NCBI GenBank assembly: GCA_046593035.1
Contig: JBKJSC010000265.1
Location: forward strand, 2,816 to 66,815
Direction of reading: 5' to 3'
Length of the DNA: 64,000 nucleotides
From: Limisphaerales bacterium
GTDB taxonomy: Bacteria > Verrucomicrobiota > Verrucomicrobiia > Limisphaerales > JAYTXL01
The notes under the pieces are model-generated. The model ran no database searches. It was not told the DNA's origin and was given only the letters and a program-made list of their open reading frames with translations. The translations under genes and the position numbers were made by a program. Below are positions 40,408-51,069 of the stretch, one piece after another. Each line of letters starts with the position of its first letter. Within the stretch, counting starts at the first letter, position 1.

Positions 40408-42741
40408 CTATTTGGCCGCAATCTTGTTGATCGTGTTAAAGACTGTTTGGTTGACCGGGCTGCCGTCGGCGGCCTGGAGATTGAAGCGGATCCGCATTTG
40501 CATCACCGGCTGCAACGCGGCGGTTTCGATGAACACCGTGCGTTTGTCCGGCGACACTTTGATTCCCTTGAGGGCGACGTCTTCGCCGCCGAACTTCTGC
40601 GTGGCGACCTTGTTCTCACCGATGACTTTGTCCGGCTCAGTCACGGAATACATCTTGGAACCGTAGTCCTGCTTCCACTTGTAATTCCATTGGTCGATGG
40701 CCCAGTTTTGATCGTCCGCCGCGGATTTGGAATCCAGCGCGCCGGTGAAGGTGATTTCAATGCCGTTGGATTTCACATGCATTTCCCGTGGCATCACGAC
40801 GGGCTTGCCGGTGTAGCGAACGCGCTGAAACGTGCCCGTGCGCGCGCCGTTCGATTGCCAGACGCGCAGGCCGGCGAGGTAAAGCTGGCCGTCGCGCGCG
40901 TTGAACCGTCCGCGCATGATGCCGGAGTCGAAGTTCAACGGGAACCGCACCGCGCCGCCCTGCACCTGGCCGCCCACGAACTCCATCATCACTTTGAACA
41001 ACGAGCAACTGCCGTACGACAAATGCAACAGGTCGCCTTGGAACGGCCCCCATTTATCGCTCGTCACCCAGACCTGGCCGCCGCTGGAGTTGTCCACTTG
41101 ATGCGGCAGCCAGAGGATCGGCTTGTCATAATCCGTCGGGGGCTGTGGCTGGTGCGCAGTAAAAACGTGGCCGTAAAAGCCGCCGGGCTTCATCAGATTC
41201 ACGCGCGAGCTGGGCACCCAATTGCCTTCGTTGTCCGAGGAGGTGATCTCGTCGTTCGGTCCGATGCCAAGGCCGTTCGGCGCGCGATAGCCGGTAGCGA
41301 CGACTTCCAGTTTGCCGCCGTCCTTCGAGACGCGCGCGAGCACGCCGTGATGCTGATGCTTGGCACCGCCGAGATTGCCGCCCTTGTTGAAATAGAAATT
41401 GCCCTTCGAGTCTGTTTCCAGGCCTAGGCAGAACTCGTGGTAATGCGACGAGATGGCCACGTCGTTGTTGAAGTTTTCGTAGAAGTCCGTCTCGCCGTCA
41501 CCGTTCAAGTCGTGCAGGCGTGTGATTTGATCGCGGCCCAGCACATAAACTTTTCCGTCCACAATCTTCAAGCCGAGCGGTTGAAAGAGTCCGGTGGCGA
41601 AACGTTTCCATTTCAAGTGTGCGAGCGTGTCGTCAATGCCGCTGACCAACCAGACATCCCCGCTGACCGAGCACAGCGCCGCCTTCGTGGCGTCCTTGAA
41701 AAAATCAAATCCGCTGGTGCGAATCCACGAGTTCCACGGATTGTCCTTGCCGTCAGGGATCGTGAGCGTGTCCACGACGTACGGGCCATCGCCCATGCCC
41801 AGTGCGCCTTTCGTCTCGATCACCGGATTCCAATTCGCCGCGCCACCTTTGATCAGCTTCTTCAAATCCGGCGGTTCCGCCGGCGGCTTCGGGCCTTGGT
41901 GATACGCTTCCAGTTCTGCCGCCGGCCCGCTCCAGACGCCCACGGTGAACGTCGCCGACTTGGCCAGCGGCGTGAGTTTCAACAGGCGACGGCCTTCGGC
42001 GGTCGTGATGTGTTCGCTTTTGACTTTGCGCGCGCCTGACTCGGAAAAACTCACGGCGATGGTGCGACCTTCTGGCTTCGCCGCGTCATCGCAAACCAGC
42101 AACGTCAACGGCGCGGTGAAATTATCAATTTGGAAAGTACGTGTGAACGTCTTGCTCGCCGCATGAAAGCCCGGCAACTCCAGCACGCTGGTGCCACCGA
42201 CGGTGTAGGAGAGGACGACTTGTTTGCCGTTCACATAAAGCCCGCGCCAGTGCGCCCAGGCCTTGGGCAGCGGGCCGAAGGAGACAAGTTCGCCGCCATC
42301 CTTCACGGGCGGTTTTGGCTCCACGAAGTTTCCGTCTTTGTCCGCCCAGCCCGGCAGTACGGCGGAAGAAAACGTGACGCTCGTGTCTGGCGCGGGTTGC
42401 GGCACGCCTTCCAAACCTTCGCGGCCCGTGGGCAATTTCAGGAAGCCGCCCGTCCAGCCGATCGCCATGCGGCAGCGTTCAGTGTCGAAACACATCGTCG
42501 CCTCCTGATTGGGGCCGACGCGGATGGAAACTCCCTTGAGCGCGGGGCGCGTGCGGTCGGCGGCCGCGCCGGGAACCTGGAGGCCACTGGAAAGGAACGC
42601 GCCTGGATCCATCAAATCCCATTGCGTACTGGTGGGCTTGGACGGTTTGGCCTCTTTCTTGACGGGTTGCTGGGCAGGAAGCGAGGAAGTCTGGACGAGC
42701 AAGCTGGCGCTCGCGGCCAAGGAGAGAAGAATGTGGCGCAT
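40408..42741 (-). CDS. Secreted beta-propeller protein related to PVC membrane-bound-dehydrogenase-domain family (no heme motif)
   Basis: Signal peptide MRHILLSLAASASLLVQTSSLPAQQ. The central region resembles the N-domain of the 889-3438 protein (DLNGDGETDFYENF, GNFYFNKGGN). There is no CxxCH. Confidence 0.65.
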   Translation of the reverse strand: MRHILLSLAASASLLVQTSSLPAQQPVKKEAKPSKPTSTQWDLMDPGAFLSSGLQVPGAAADRTRPALKGVSIRVGPNQEATMCFDTERCRMAIGWTGGFLKLPTGREGLEGVPQPAPDTSVTFSSAVLPGWADKDGNFVEPKPPVKDGGELVSFGPLPKAWAHWRGLYVNGKQVVLSYTVGGTSVLELPGFHAASKTFTRTFQIDNFTAPLTLLVCDDAAKPEGRTIAVSFSESGARKVKSEHITTAEGRRLLKLTPLAKSATFTVGVWSGPAAELEAYHQGPKPPAEPPDLKKLIKGGAANWNPVIETKGALGMGDGPYVVDTLTIPDGKDNPWNSWIRTSGFDFFKDATKAALCSVSGDVWLVSGIDDTLAHLKWKRFATGLFQPLGLKIVDGKVYVLGRDQITRLHDLNGDGETDFYENFNNDVAISSHYHEFCLGLETDSKGNFYFNKGGNLGGAKHQHHGVLARVSKDGGKLEVVATGYRAPNGLGIGPNDEITSSDNEGNWVPSSRVNLMKPGGFYGHVFTAHQPQPPTDYDKPILWLPHQVDNSSGGQVWVTSDKWGPFQGDLLHLSYGSCSLFKVMMEFVGGQVQGGAVRFPLNFDSGIMRGRFNARDGQLYLAGLRVWQSNGARTGTFQRVRYTGKPVVMPREMHVKSNGIEITFTGALDSKSAADDQNWAIDQWNYKWKQDYGSKMYSVTEPDKVIGENKVATQKFGGEDVALKGIKVSPDKRTVFIETAALQPVMQMRIRFNLQAADGSPVNQTVFNTINKIAAK

Positions 42742-42861
42742 GGGAATCAGAATATCCGGCAATAATTTTTGCCCGGACTTCATGGCGGTTTTGAAAGCCG
42801 AACGCAATGAGAAATTCAATCGCAAGGGAGCGATCTTCAAACCGGGGCGCGAAAAAATCAC

Positions 42862-44616
42862 TCACTTCAGCCGCAGCACTTCCACGAATTTCACCGGCAT
42901 CATTTTGCCGTTTTGATCCACCCCGGCCGTCAAGCGGCCTGGCCCGGTTTTCAGTGAGACGGAATCAAACTCGCATTCCATCGCGCCCGTTCCTAGTTCT
43001 TTGCCTAGTTTCACGCCGTTCAATTCAAAGCCCGCCGTGCTGCCGGCTGGTGTGGCCGCGAAAGTCAGTTTGATGCGGTAGGCGGCGGATTGGGTGATCT
43101 GCACTTCCCAAAATCCTTGCGAGTTGGGTGCCCAGCCAGCCTGCGGCCCGCGCCAGTCCTGACGCGTGAGCACGGTGGGATTCTCCTGCGGTGCGCCCAA
43201 GTGAATGCGCGATGGCGTTGTGTAATCGCGCGCTCCTGTCACGTCCGTGAACCACGCGTCGTAATCGTGTTTCATTTTCTCAACGATGTCTGGATGTTCG
43301 CCCGCCACGTCTTTCATTTCGAGCGGATCGTGCTTCAGGTCGAACAGTTCAAACTTCGGCGGCACAGTCCAGTTTCCTTCCGGCACACCAGCGGGCTGCG
43401 CCAGTTTCCAATCCGCCGAGCGCGCGGCGAAGGCACGATACCGCTGCGGCACATCGCCACGATGCCATTGAAAATAAAGCGTGCGCTCAGGCCACTCCAC
43501 TTTGTCGCCGCGCAGCAACGCCGCGAGGCTCAAGCCGTCGAACTTCACGTTCGCGGGCTTCGGCACGTGGCAGAGTTCGAGCAACGTCGGCGTAAGATCA
43601 ATGTGCGCCGCCGGCACACGTTCCACGATGCGTCCACCCTTGAGCACCGCCGGCCAGCGGACAAAGAGCGGCACGTGAATACCGCCTTCATACACGCTGC
43701 CTTTCAGGTTGCGAAACCCGGCGTTGTAACGCGGCTGCTGCGGGCCGTTGTCGGTGAAGAAGATTACGACCGTATCGCGCGTCAGCTTGAGCTCCTCAAG
43801 CCTGGCGAGGAGACGCCCTACGTTGTCGTCGATGTTCTCCTCCATCGCGTAAATTTTCGCGGTCACGTCGGGGTCGAACGCCTTTGGAATCGGATGGCCC
43901 GTGGCCGGAAAGTCCGACGCCTTCAAGTTCATCGCCCGATATTTTTCGTACAGCTTCGGTGGTGCTTCCAGCGGCCCGTGCGGCGCATTGAACGGCAGAT
44001 AGACGAAGAAGTTTTTGGCGCGGTTGTCGCCAATGAATTTCAACGCCGCGTCGGTGATGACGTCGCTCACGTAGCCCCGCGTCTTCACCGGCTGGCCGTT
44101 GTGCTGGAGAATCGGATCGAAGTAACTCTCGCCGCCGGGCGGGTCGCTCGGCTGGCCGATGCCGCCGCCCTTGAGCACAAGCGATTCGTGGAAACCGCGA
44201 TCCTGCGGGCGCATCGGGAAATTGTCGCCGAGATGCCACTTGCCGAAGATGCCGGTGCGATAGCCCGCGCCCGCGAGTATTTGCGCCAGCGTGGTTTCGT
44301 CCGGATGCATCAGCGAGCGGCCGATGAAGGTGTCCACCACGCCGGTGCGGTAATTGTAGCGGCCCGTCATCAGGCACGCACGCGTGGGCGAGCAGACCGG
44401 CATCACGTAAAAGTTTCGCCATTGCACGCCTTCGCGCGCGAGACGGTCAAGGTTCGGCGTGGAAATCTTCGGGTTGCCGTGGATACCGAGATCGCCATAG
44501 CCCTGGTCGTCGGTGAGAATGATGACGACGTTCGGACGTTTGGCGGGCGGAGAAGCAGCAACGGCCATCGAAACGCAACCCAGCAAAGCGAGGCACCAAA
44601 CTATTCGGCGAGTCAT
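42862..44616 (-). CDS. Arylsulfatase (formylglycine-dependent sulfatase family)
   Basis: Signal peptide, ILTDDQGYGDLG, CSPTRACLMTGR (C-x-P-x-R FGly motif), GKWHLG, and a C-terminal beta domain. Confidence 0.9.
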   Translation of the reverse strand: MTRRIVWCLALLGCVSMAVAASPPAKRPNVVIILTDDQGYGDLGIHGNPKISTPNLDRLAREGVQWRNFYVMPVCSPTRACLMTGRYNYRTGVVDTFIGRSLMHPDETTLAQILAGAGYRTGIFGKWHLGDNFPMRPQDRGFHESLVLKGGGIGQPSDPPGGESYFDPILQHNGQPVKTRGYVSDVITDAALKFIGDNRAKNFFVYLPFNAPHGPLEAPPKLYEKYRAMNLKASDFPATGHPIPKAFDPDVTAKIYAMEENIDDNVGRLLARLEELKLTRDTVVIFFTDNGPQQPRYNAGFRNLKGSVYEGGIHVPLFVRWPAVLKGGRIVERVPAAHIDLTPTLLELCHVPKPANVKFDGLSLAALLRGDKVEWPERTLYFQWHRGDVPQRYRAFAARSADWKLAQPAGVPEGNWTVPPKFELFDLKHDPLEMKDVAGEHPDIVEKMKHDYDAWFTDVTGARDYTTPSRIHLGAPQENPTVLTRQDWRGPQAGWAPNSQGFWEVQITQSAAYRIKLTFAATPAGSTAGFELNGVKLGKELGTGAMECEFDSVSLKTGPGRLTAGVDQNGKMMPVKFVEVLRLK

Positions 44617-44667
44617 GCCGAAAGACTGCCCGATTTCATCGCTCCGTCAAGCGGCCCGGAGCATTTT

Positions 44668-45888
44668 TCAAAAATGCCGCGCGAGTTTTTCGGCGACCAT
44701 CTGGCCGATGCTCAATGATGCCGTCGCGGCGGGCGAAGGGGCGTTGATGACGTTGATGACGCGCGGGCGTTCGTCGATGGCGAAGTCGTCCACCATCGCA
44801 CCGTCGGGCGACACGGCCTGCGCGCGCACGCCCGCCGGGGCGGGGGTCAAATGCTCGCCGCGAATCTCCGGCACGAGCCGTTGCAGCGCGCGGACAAACG
44901 CCGCCTTGCTGCACGAGCGCCACATTTCGGCCAGACCCATGCGCCAATGTTTGAACGCAAGTTTGTGGAAGCCCGCGTAGCCAAGGGTCTCGCCGAGGTC
45001 GCGCAGATTGAGGTCGGTTTTGCGGTAGCCTTCGCGGGCGAAGGCGAGGACGGCATTCGGCCCACACTCAACGCCGCCCAGGGCCATGCGGGTGAAATGC
45101 ACGCCGAGAAAAGGAAACTGCGGATCGGGCACTGGATAAATCAAATTGCGGCACAAAGATTCCGCCTCCGGTTTCAGCTCAAAGTATTCGCCGCGGAAGG
45201 GAAGGATTTTCACCGATGGCTTCACGCCGCCCAACGCGGTCACGCGGTCGGAATGCAGCCCGGCGCAATTCACCATAAACCGCGCGCGAAAATCCCCGGC
45301 ACTGGTTTGCACGATCACTTCGTCGCCGGCTTCGCGCAAGCCGGTTACGCGCGCATTGGTGACGATGCGGTTGCCGCGCTCGGTTACTCGCGCAGCCAGG
45401 CGCTCGCAGACCTGCCGGTAATTCACGATGCCCGCTTCGGGGACATGCAGGGCGCGAATGCCCGCGCAGTGTGGCTCCAGTTCCCGCAGCCGGGCGGGGT
45501 CGATGACTTCGCACTGCACCCCATTGGCAAGGCCGCGTTCGTGCAATGCCTGCAAGCGGCCCAGTTCGTCTTCTGCCGTGGCCACGATCACCTTGCCGCA
45601 AATCTCAAAGGCAATGCCTTCGCGGGCGCAAAATTCCTGCATCGCTTTTTTACCGGCGCGGCAGTTGAGCGCCTTGAGCGAGCCGGGCTTGTAATAAATT
45701 CCGGAATGCAGCACGCCTGAATTGTGACCGGTCTGATGTTGGGCGATGGCGGCCTCCTTTTCCAGAATGAGGATCGTGCGGCCAGGATGTTTTTGCGTCA
45801 GGTGAAACGCGGTAGCCAGGCCGACGATGCCGCCGCCAATGATCATGATGTCGCTGCTGTTGGTTAATTCACTCATGGTCTTGTTCAC
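44668..45888 (-). CDS. lhgO: L-2-hydroxyglutarate oxidase/dehydrogenase (FAD)
   Basis: [15 protein letters not shown] motif and [19 protein letters not shown]. About 400 aa. Confidence 0.8.
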   Translation of the reverse strand: MNKTMSELTNSSDIMIIGGGIVGLATAFHLTQKHPGRTILILEKEAAIAQHQTGHNSGVLHSGIYYKPGSLKALNCRAGKKAMQEFCAREGIAFEICGKVIVATAEDELGRLQALHERGLANGVQCEVIDPARLRELEPHCAGIRALHVPEAGIVNYRQVCERLAARVTERGNRIVTNARVTGLREAGDEVIVQTSAGDFRARFMVNCAGLHSDRVTALGGVKPSVKILPFRGEYFELKPEAESLCRNLIYPVPDPQFPFLGVHFTRMALGGVECGPNAVLAFAREGYRKTDLNLRDLGETLGYAGFHKLAFKHWRMGLAEMWRSCSKAAFVRALQRLVPEIRGEHLTPAPAGVRAQAVSPDGAMVDDFAIDERPRVINVINAPSPAATASLSIGQMVAEKLARHF

Positions 45889-47201
45889 CGTAGCAAAACC
45901 ACCACCAGCGCGGCCAGCGCGCCGATGAGCAACGGCGGGCCGGTGCGCCGGACGATTTGCAGCGGGGTCACATTGACGAGCGTGGCGGTGAAGATCACGA
46001 CGGCGGCGACGGGTGACATGGTGCGGCCGAAGCTCGCGCCAATCGCGCCCAGCACGCCGAGGTTCACCGCGCCCGGCAAATCCGTCGCGCTGATGGCGGG
46101 CAGCACCGCCTTGGAAAACGCCACGCTCGGTCCCATGCCCGAACCGGAGAGAACGCCGAGCATTCCGGGAAACAGTTCGCTCGCGAGTTTGCCGAAGAAG
46201 CCGCTGCTCGAAACCAGGCCCACCAGTTTTTGCGTGAGACCTACTTCAGTCATGCCCGCGATGAAACAGGTGGCGGTGATGATGAGCGAGATCACATGGA
46301 TGTAGCCGTAGCCCATGCCTTCGAAAAATGTCCGCGTCTGCGCGGAGATTTCCTGACGGCAGATCAGCAGCACGATTGCGGTGCAGGCCACCATCGCGTG
46401 CGGCACCGGCAGGCCAGGGCCGTACAGGTTCAGCGAGGGGAACGGCGAGAAACCGGGTTGCATCAGAAAAACCAGCGCGACCGGCAGCGGTGGCAACAGC
46501 GCCTTGATCCACTGGATCGGTTTGGTTTCGTCAAGTTCAGCAAAGGGATTCGTCTGAACCGCGTCCTTTGGCGCGCGTTTTGAAAACAGCATGAACGCCA
46601 CCACGGCAACGACGAAACCCGCCAGGAGCGGCAGCAGCATCGCGTCCAGCACCCGGCCCATCGGTGCGTTTGTGGCGGTCTGGAGGGCGACGAGGTCGGC
46701 GTCGCCGGGGTTGTAAAGATTTCCACCGGCGGAACAGCCGAGGACGAGCGTGGCCGCCGCGATGATCGGGTGAAAACCCGCCGCGAGCAGGAGTGGCACG
46801 AGCACCGGCCCCACAGCCGCCGCTGCCGCCGTCTGGCTGGTGATGGCGATGTTGGTCACGAAACCGACCGCGCAGCCGCCAGGGATGAGCAGCCATTTGA
46901 CGCGACGCAGTGGCGCGATGAGCAGACGCACCATTTCGCGATCGCAGCCGGTGGCGCGGAGCACGAACGCATATCCCATCGCCGAGCAGATCGGGCCGAT
47001 GGTGTTCAAGTTGCCCATCTCCGCCCGGAACACGTCGAAGACAATCCACGGCTTAAGGGTGAGCGAACACAACGCCAGCCCGGCGGTGAACAGCACGAGC
47101 CGCACGTCCACGCCTTTGACCATGAAATACACGGCGGCAACGATGACCGGAAGCGCGAGGATGGTTTCCATGCTGGGTTTCAACTGCGCGCCGCGCGTCA
47201 C
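45885..47201 (-). CDS. C4-dicarboxylate (DcuC-type) anaerobic carrier family transporter
   Basis: Polytopic membrane protein whose N-terminus resembles DcuC-family carriers. 4-nt overlap with lhgO. Alternative start at ATG 47171. Confidence 0.65.
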   Translation of the reverse strand: MTRGAQLKPSMETILALPVIVAAVYFMVKGVDVRLVLFTAGLALCSLTLKPWIVFDVFRAEMGNLNTIGPICSAMGYAFVLRATGCDREMVRLLIAPLRRVKWLLIPGGCAVGFVTNIAITSQTAAAAAVGPVLVPLLLAAGFHPIIAAATLVLGCSAGGNLYNPGDADLVALQTATNAPMGRVLDAMLLPLLAGFVVAVVAFMLFSKRAPKDAVQTNPFAELDETKPIQWIKALLPPLPVALVFLMQPGFSPFPSLNLYGPGLPVPHAMVACTAIVLLICRQEISAQTRTFFEGMGYGYIHVISLIITATCFIAGMTEVGLTQKLVGLVSSSGFFGKLASELFPGMLGVLSGSGMGPSVAFSKAVLPAISATDLPGAVNLGVLGAIGASFGRTMSPVAAVVIFTATLVNVTPLQIVRRTGPPLLIGALAALVVVLLR

Positions 47202-48325
47202 CGCTCAATCTTCAAAATCCGATGGTTGTAGCTGTCGGTGATGTAGAGTGTCCCATCGCGGTGGATCGTGACGCCGTGCGGCTGGTTGAGTTCGACCTGT
47301 TCTGGTGGCCCGCCAATTCCTCCCTCACCTTTTTTCCCCGTGCCGGCCACGAGCACGATCTTTCCTTCGTGCGGAAGAAACTTGCGGATCACATGGTTGT
47401 CAGTGTCGGCAATGATGACGTTGCCTTCCCGATCAATGCAGAGATGTTTGGGGCCGCTCAACGTGGCTTGCCGCGCGTCGCCACCGTCGCCAGTCGCGCC
47501 CTTTTTTTCGCTGACGTTCACGACGGTGCGAATTTTGCCGCCGACATCCACCACCCGGAGCGCATGGCCGCCGCGTTCGAGGATATAGACATTTCCCTGC
47601 GTATCCGCAGCCACGGCGCGCGGATCCACGAGCGGTGCTTCAAAAGCCACCGCGCCATCGGGCGGCACGCCTTTCTGTCCATTGCCGGCCACGGTAGACA
47701 CGAGGCCCGTCTTCAAATCCACCGCACGGATGCGGCGATTGTCGAGATCGGCGAGAAACAATTGGGTTCCTTGGGGATTCAAGGACGCGCAGTAGATGTT
47801 GCCGAACTGCGCGTGCGCGGCCGCGCCACCATCACCACTGAAACCTTTTTGTCCCGTTCCCACGACCGTTGAAATCAGTCCTGTCTTGGTGTCGATTTTG
47901 CGGACGCGACTGTTCCAGGTATCGGCCAAATAAACATCACCGTTCGGCGCGATGGCGAGATTGTGCATGCCGTTGAACTGGGCTTGGAGCGCGGGGCCAC
48001 CATCGCCGGAGAAACCTTTTTCACCCGTGCCGGCGAGCACGGTGAGCAAGCCACTCGAATCTACTTTCAAGACGCGTTCGCCGCCGACCATTTCCACGAT
48101 GAACAAGTTGCCCGCCCGATCAAAGTCCACGCCGAACGGAGTGTTGAGTTTGCACGCGGTGGCCGGTTGACCACTGACGGCGGTGCCGCCGCCCGCCACG
48201 AGAACGACCTTTTCCGTGCGGACGGTTTGAGGCTGTCCCATGGCCGTTAAAACACACAAAGCAACAGCGAATTTGTGTACCAGCAATTTCAAATATTCCA
48301 CGAATCCGCTAGATTTGGTCTTCAT
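47198..48325 (-). CDS. NHL-repeat beta-propeller protein, secreted
   Basis: Repeated GxGxxGFSGDGGPAxxAQFxxxxxxAxxxxGxxYxADxxNxRIRKxD units, about six copies. Confidence 0.8.
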   Translation of the reverse strand: MKTKSSGFVEYLKLLVHKFAVALCVLTAMGQPQTVRTEKVVLVAGGGTAVSGQPATACKLNTPFGVDFDRAGNLFIVEMVGGERVLKVDSSGLLTVLAGTGEKGFSGDGGPALQAQFNGMHNLAIAPNGDVYLADTWNSRVRKIDTKTGLISTVVGTGQKGFSGDGGAAAHAQFGNIYCASLNPQGTQLFLADLDNRRIRAVDLKTGLVSTVAGNGQKGVPPDGAVAFEAPLVDPRAVAADTQGNVYILERGGHALRVVDVGGKIRTVVNVSEKKGATGDGGDARQATLSGPKHLCIDREGNVIIADTDNHVIRKFLPHEGKIVLVAGTGKKGEGGIGGPPEQVELNQPHGVTIHRDGTLYITDSYNHRILKIER

Positions 48326-49004
48326 CAATGATGGTGATTTTTTGCCAGATTTTCCGCGAGAGACTGGTGGTGAGGTCCTCAATTTGATCCACCGCGCTTA
48401 ACACCACCGGATCATCGAACCCTTGCACATAGAGCGCGGCGATCTTGCCAGTCAACGAAAGCATCTCGCTGCAATAATCCAGATAGCGCGTGAGTTCAAA
48501 GTCGGTCATCACCCGCTTGGGCGAAGACTTGGTGGAGGGGCCGGTGTTACGGACGCGCTCTGGATCCTTGGTGAGCTGGTGCATGTCGATGATGTGTGCC
48601 AGCGCGCGCAACTCGTGGAGCGCCTTGAGTGCACGGTGCCGTTTGATGCGGGACTCAATGGTGAAGAGGAAGAAAATCGCCGCGCCAATCAGCACGATGG
48701 CATTGATCCCCGACTCAAAGCCCTGGATAAATTCCACCCAGCTTTGCAGCTTCGCCGAAAGGTGGAGCGGCACAACAGCCGACGCGAGAATGATCAGGAG
48801 GAGCGCGACCAACACGACGATGCCGACACGCAGCGCCCACTGCGGCTGGCCAATCCAAGCCGCGCGTCCGACGGCTTGATTGCCGATGAGTTGCAGTTCC
48901 GCCGCGACTTTGCTCAATCCGGAACCGGGGAAACGCTCCTCCACGCGGGCGCGCAACTGGTCGATAGTTTCGACGATGGCAACGGGGTTGAGGCTCCGGT
49001 ACAT
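48309..49004 (-). CDS. Hypothetical membrane protein (two transmembrane segments, no recognised family)
   Basis: 231 aa. Protein-like composition, with TM segments VGIVVLVALLLIILASAVV and AIVLIGAAIFFLFTI. Confidence 0.55.
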   Translation of the reverse strand: MYRSLNPVAIVETIDQLRARVEERFPGSGLSKVAAELQLIGNQAVGRAAWIGQPQWALRVGIVVLVALLLIILASAVVPLHLSAKLQSWVEFIQGFESGINAIVLIGAAIFFLFTIESRIKRHRALKALHELRALAHIIDMHQLTKDPERVRNTGPSTKSSPKRVMTDFELTRYLDYCSEMLSLTGKIAALYVQGFDDPVVLSAVDQIEDLTTSLSRKIWQKITIIDEDQI

Positions 49005-49010
49005 GCCGAT

Positions 49011-49802
49011 TCAATGCCGTGATTCAGCCGCACCCGCAGTTTGCGCCGCCGACAGATCGCCTTCGCCCAGCTTGCGTTTGAACAATTCCAGCGCGAGCCC
49101 GTAGGATTTCAGCGCGAGTTCAGGATCGTAGCGATGGCCCTCGTCGCGCAGAAACGCGTGCTGGCCATTGAACTCGTGCCAGGTGAAATGGCGGTTCGTG
49201 TCGGCGAGGGCGTTGTAAATCTTGGCGCGCCCTTCGCGCGGCACATGCGGATCCTGCCGACCCCAGATCATCAGCAGTTCGCCCTGGATTTCATTCACGC
49301 GATCCAGCGAATCGTCGTTCGCACCCTTGCCCAGGCCGCGCTTGTGAATGTCCGTCGCGTAAAAACAAACGACCGCGAACACGCCGGGATTCATCGCGGC
49401 GCGAAAGGACAAATGTCCGCCGATGCAAATGCCCAGCACGCCCAACTTGCCGGTGCAGTGCGGATGCGTTTTCAAAAATTCCAGGACCGCGCGCGCGTCG
49501 GTGTCGTAGCTGGACAGTTCCTTGGTGGTTTTAAGCGCGTTGCCGCGATCCGCGCCCGCCTGGTCGTAGGCGAGCACCGTGCCCGCCGGCTCGAACTCGT
49601 GGTAAATCTCCGGCACCGCCACGACGAAACCATGCCCGGCCAGCAACGCGGCGGTGCGGCAGATCGGCCCGGTGACTTGAAAAATCTCCGAGAACATCAA
49701 GATGCCCGGATACCGTCCCTCGGCCGCCGGACGGAAGAGATAGGTTCGCATCGGCCCCGTCGGCGTGGCGAGGTCCACAGACTCGTTGTCTTTGATGGTC
49801 AT
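49011..49802 (-). CDS. Dienelactone hydrolase family protein (carboxymethylenebutenolidase-like)
   Basis: GVLGICIGGH nucleophile-Cys motif, with alpha/beta hydrolase length. Start at ATG 49802. Confidence 0.8.
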   Translation of the reverse strand: MTIKDNESVDLATPTGPMRTYLFRPAAEGRYPGILMFSEIFQVTGPICRTAALLAGHGFVVAVPEIYHEFEPAGTVLAYDQAGADRGNALKTTKELSSYDTDARAVLEFLKTHPHCTGKLGVLGICIGGHLSFRAAMNPGVFAVVCFYATDIHKRGLGKGANDDSLDRVNEIQGELLMIWGRQDPHVPREGRAKIYNALADTNRHFTWHEFNGQHAFLRDEGHRYDPELALKSYGLALELFKRKLGEGDLSAAQTAGAAESRH

Positions 49803-49990
49803 AAAAAGAATGGGTCTGGCCGAGAACGCGGTTTCGTTCTTAGTCCAGCGCCGGGAGATTATCCAGCTTAAAGCGGTTTGCCACGCGGGTGAATTCTCTT
49901 GAAACCCACCGCGCCGCCCGACAGATTGTTCCGCCAACAGCGCCCCGCATTTTTTTGCGGGCGTGAAATATCCGAAACGAAACACGACTT

Positions 49991-50974
49991 ATGAACATCA
50001 AACACTCGATCTGGTTGTCCCTGCTGCTGGCCGGTGCCGCAGTGGAAATGAAAGCGGAAGACACGTTCCTCGACGAGAAGAGCGCCGGGCCGGACTTCGA
50101 GGTGCAGGGCGAATACGTCGGCACCATCACCTCGCCCGACGGCGAGAAAAACAAGCTCGCCGCGCAAGTGATCGCGCTGGGTGACGGTAAATTCCGCACC
50201 GTGTTTCATGGCGGCGGCCTGCCGGGCGACGGCTGGGATCGCGAAAACAAAATCGAGGCCAACGGCGAAACCGTGGACGGCAAGACCACCTTCACCGGCG
50301 AAGACAAAGCCGCCGGCAGCGCGGAAATCTCCGGCGGGCTGTTCACTGGCAAATCCGAGAAATACGGCGTCCTCAAGTTGGAGAAGATCGCGCGCAAAAG
50401 TCCGACCGAAGGATTGAAGCCGCCGTCCGGCGCGCTCGTGTTGTTCGACGGCAAGAACGCGGACGCTTGGGAAAACGGCCACATGGATGACCGCAATTTT
50501 CTGGCGTCGGGATCCAAGACCAAGCAGAGCTTCCAGAATTACACGCTGCACGCGGAGTTCCTCCTGCCGTTCAAGCCGACGGGCCGAGGCCAGGGCCGGG
50601 CCAACAGCGGCGTTTACATGCAGGATCGCTACGAGGTGCAGGTGCTCGATTCCTTTGGTTTGAAAGGGTTGAACAATGAATGCGGCGGCATCTACAGCCA
50701 GGTTGCGCCGTCGGTCAACATGTGCTTCCCGCCGTTGCAATGGCAGACGTACGACATCGACTTCCAGGCCGCGCGCTACGATGGCGACGGCAAAAAAACC
50801 AAGAATGCCGTCATCACCGTCAAGCACAACGGCGTGCTCATCCACGAGAATCAGGAAATCTCCGGCCCGACCGGCGGCGGCAAAAAGGAAGACCCCACCG
50901 GCGGCGCGATCCAACTGCAAGGCCACGGCAACCCGGTGTTCTACCGCAACGTCTGGATTGTGGAGAAGAAGTAA
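49991..50974 (+). CDS. DUF1080 (3-keto-disaccharide hydrolase-like, LamG fold) protein, secreted
   Basis: Signal peptide. C-terminal ANSGVYMQDRYEVQVLDS...ECGGIY...IQLQGHGNPVFYRNVWI, characteristic of DUF1080. Confidence 0.75.
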   Translation: MNIKHSIWLSLLLAGAAVEMKAEDTFLDEKSAGPDFEVQGEYVGTITSPDGEKNKLAAQVIALGDGKFRTVFHGGGLPGDGWDRENKIEANGETVDGKTTFTGEDKAAGSAEISGGLFTGKSEKYGVLKLEKIARKSPTEGLKPPSGALVLFDGKNADAWENGHMDDRNFLASGSKTKQSFQNYTLHAEFLLPFKPTGRGQGRANSGVYMQDRYEVQVLDSFGLKGLNNECGGIYSQVAPSVNMCFPPLQWQTYDIDFQAARYDGDGKKTKNAVITVKHNGVLIHENQEISGPTGGGKKEDPTGGAIQLQGHGNPVFYRNVWIVEKK

Positions 50975-51006
50975 GGGCGGTCTTTTCCAAACAGGGGACG
51001 GGTTTT

Positions 51007-51068
51007 ACCACCAAGGCACAAAGACACGAAGCGGGAAGGGTTTCTTTGTGTCTTCGTGTCTTGGTGGT
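51007..51068. repeat. Palindromic intergenic element / hairpin (ACCACCAAGACACGAAG family)
   Basis: ACCACCAAGGCACAAAGACACGAAG (51007-51031) pairs with CTTTGTGTCTTCGTGTCTTGGTGGT (51044-51068), between the convergent DUF1080 and LarA-like genes. It may double as a terminator. Confidence 0.7.
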
Positions 51069-51069
51069 T

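Noticed and set aside
43090-44718. Very long antisense ORFs opposite well-supported genes. Examples: 43090-44718 (542 aa), 55890-57356 (488 aa), 24660-25856, 17446-18426, 14258-15208, 37126-38310, 49868-50926, 51301-52374, 60726-61742 and 62766-63716.
   Set aside because: These are shadow ORFs, expected in about 60% GC DNA. Their translations are Arg/Ala/Gly/His-rich low-complexity sequence with no motifs. The opposite strand carries unmistakable family signatures (sulfatase CSPTR, RsmB SAM motif, ABC Walker motifs and others).
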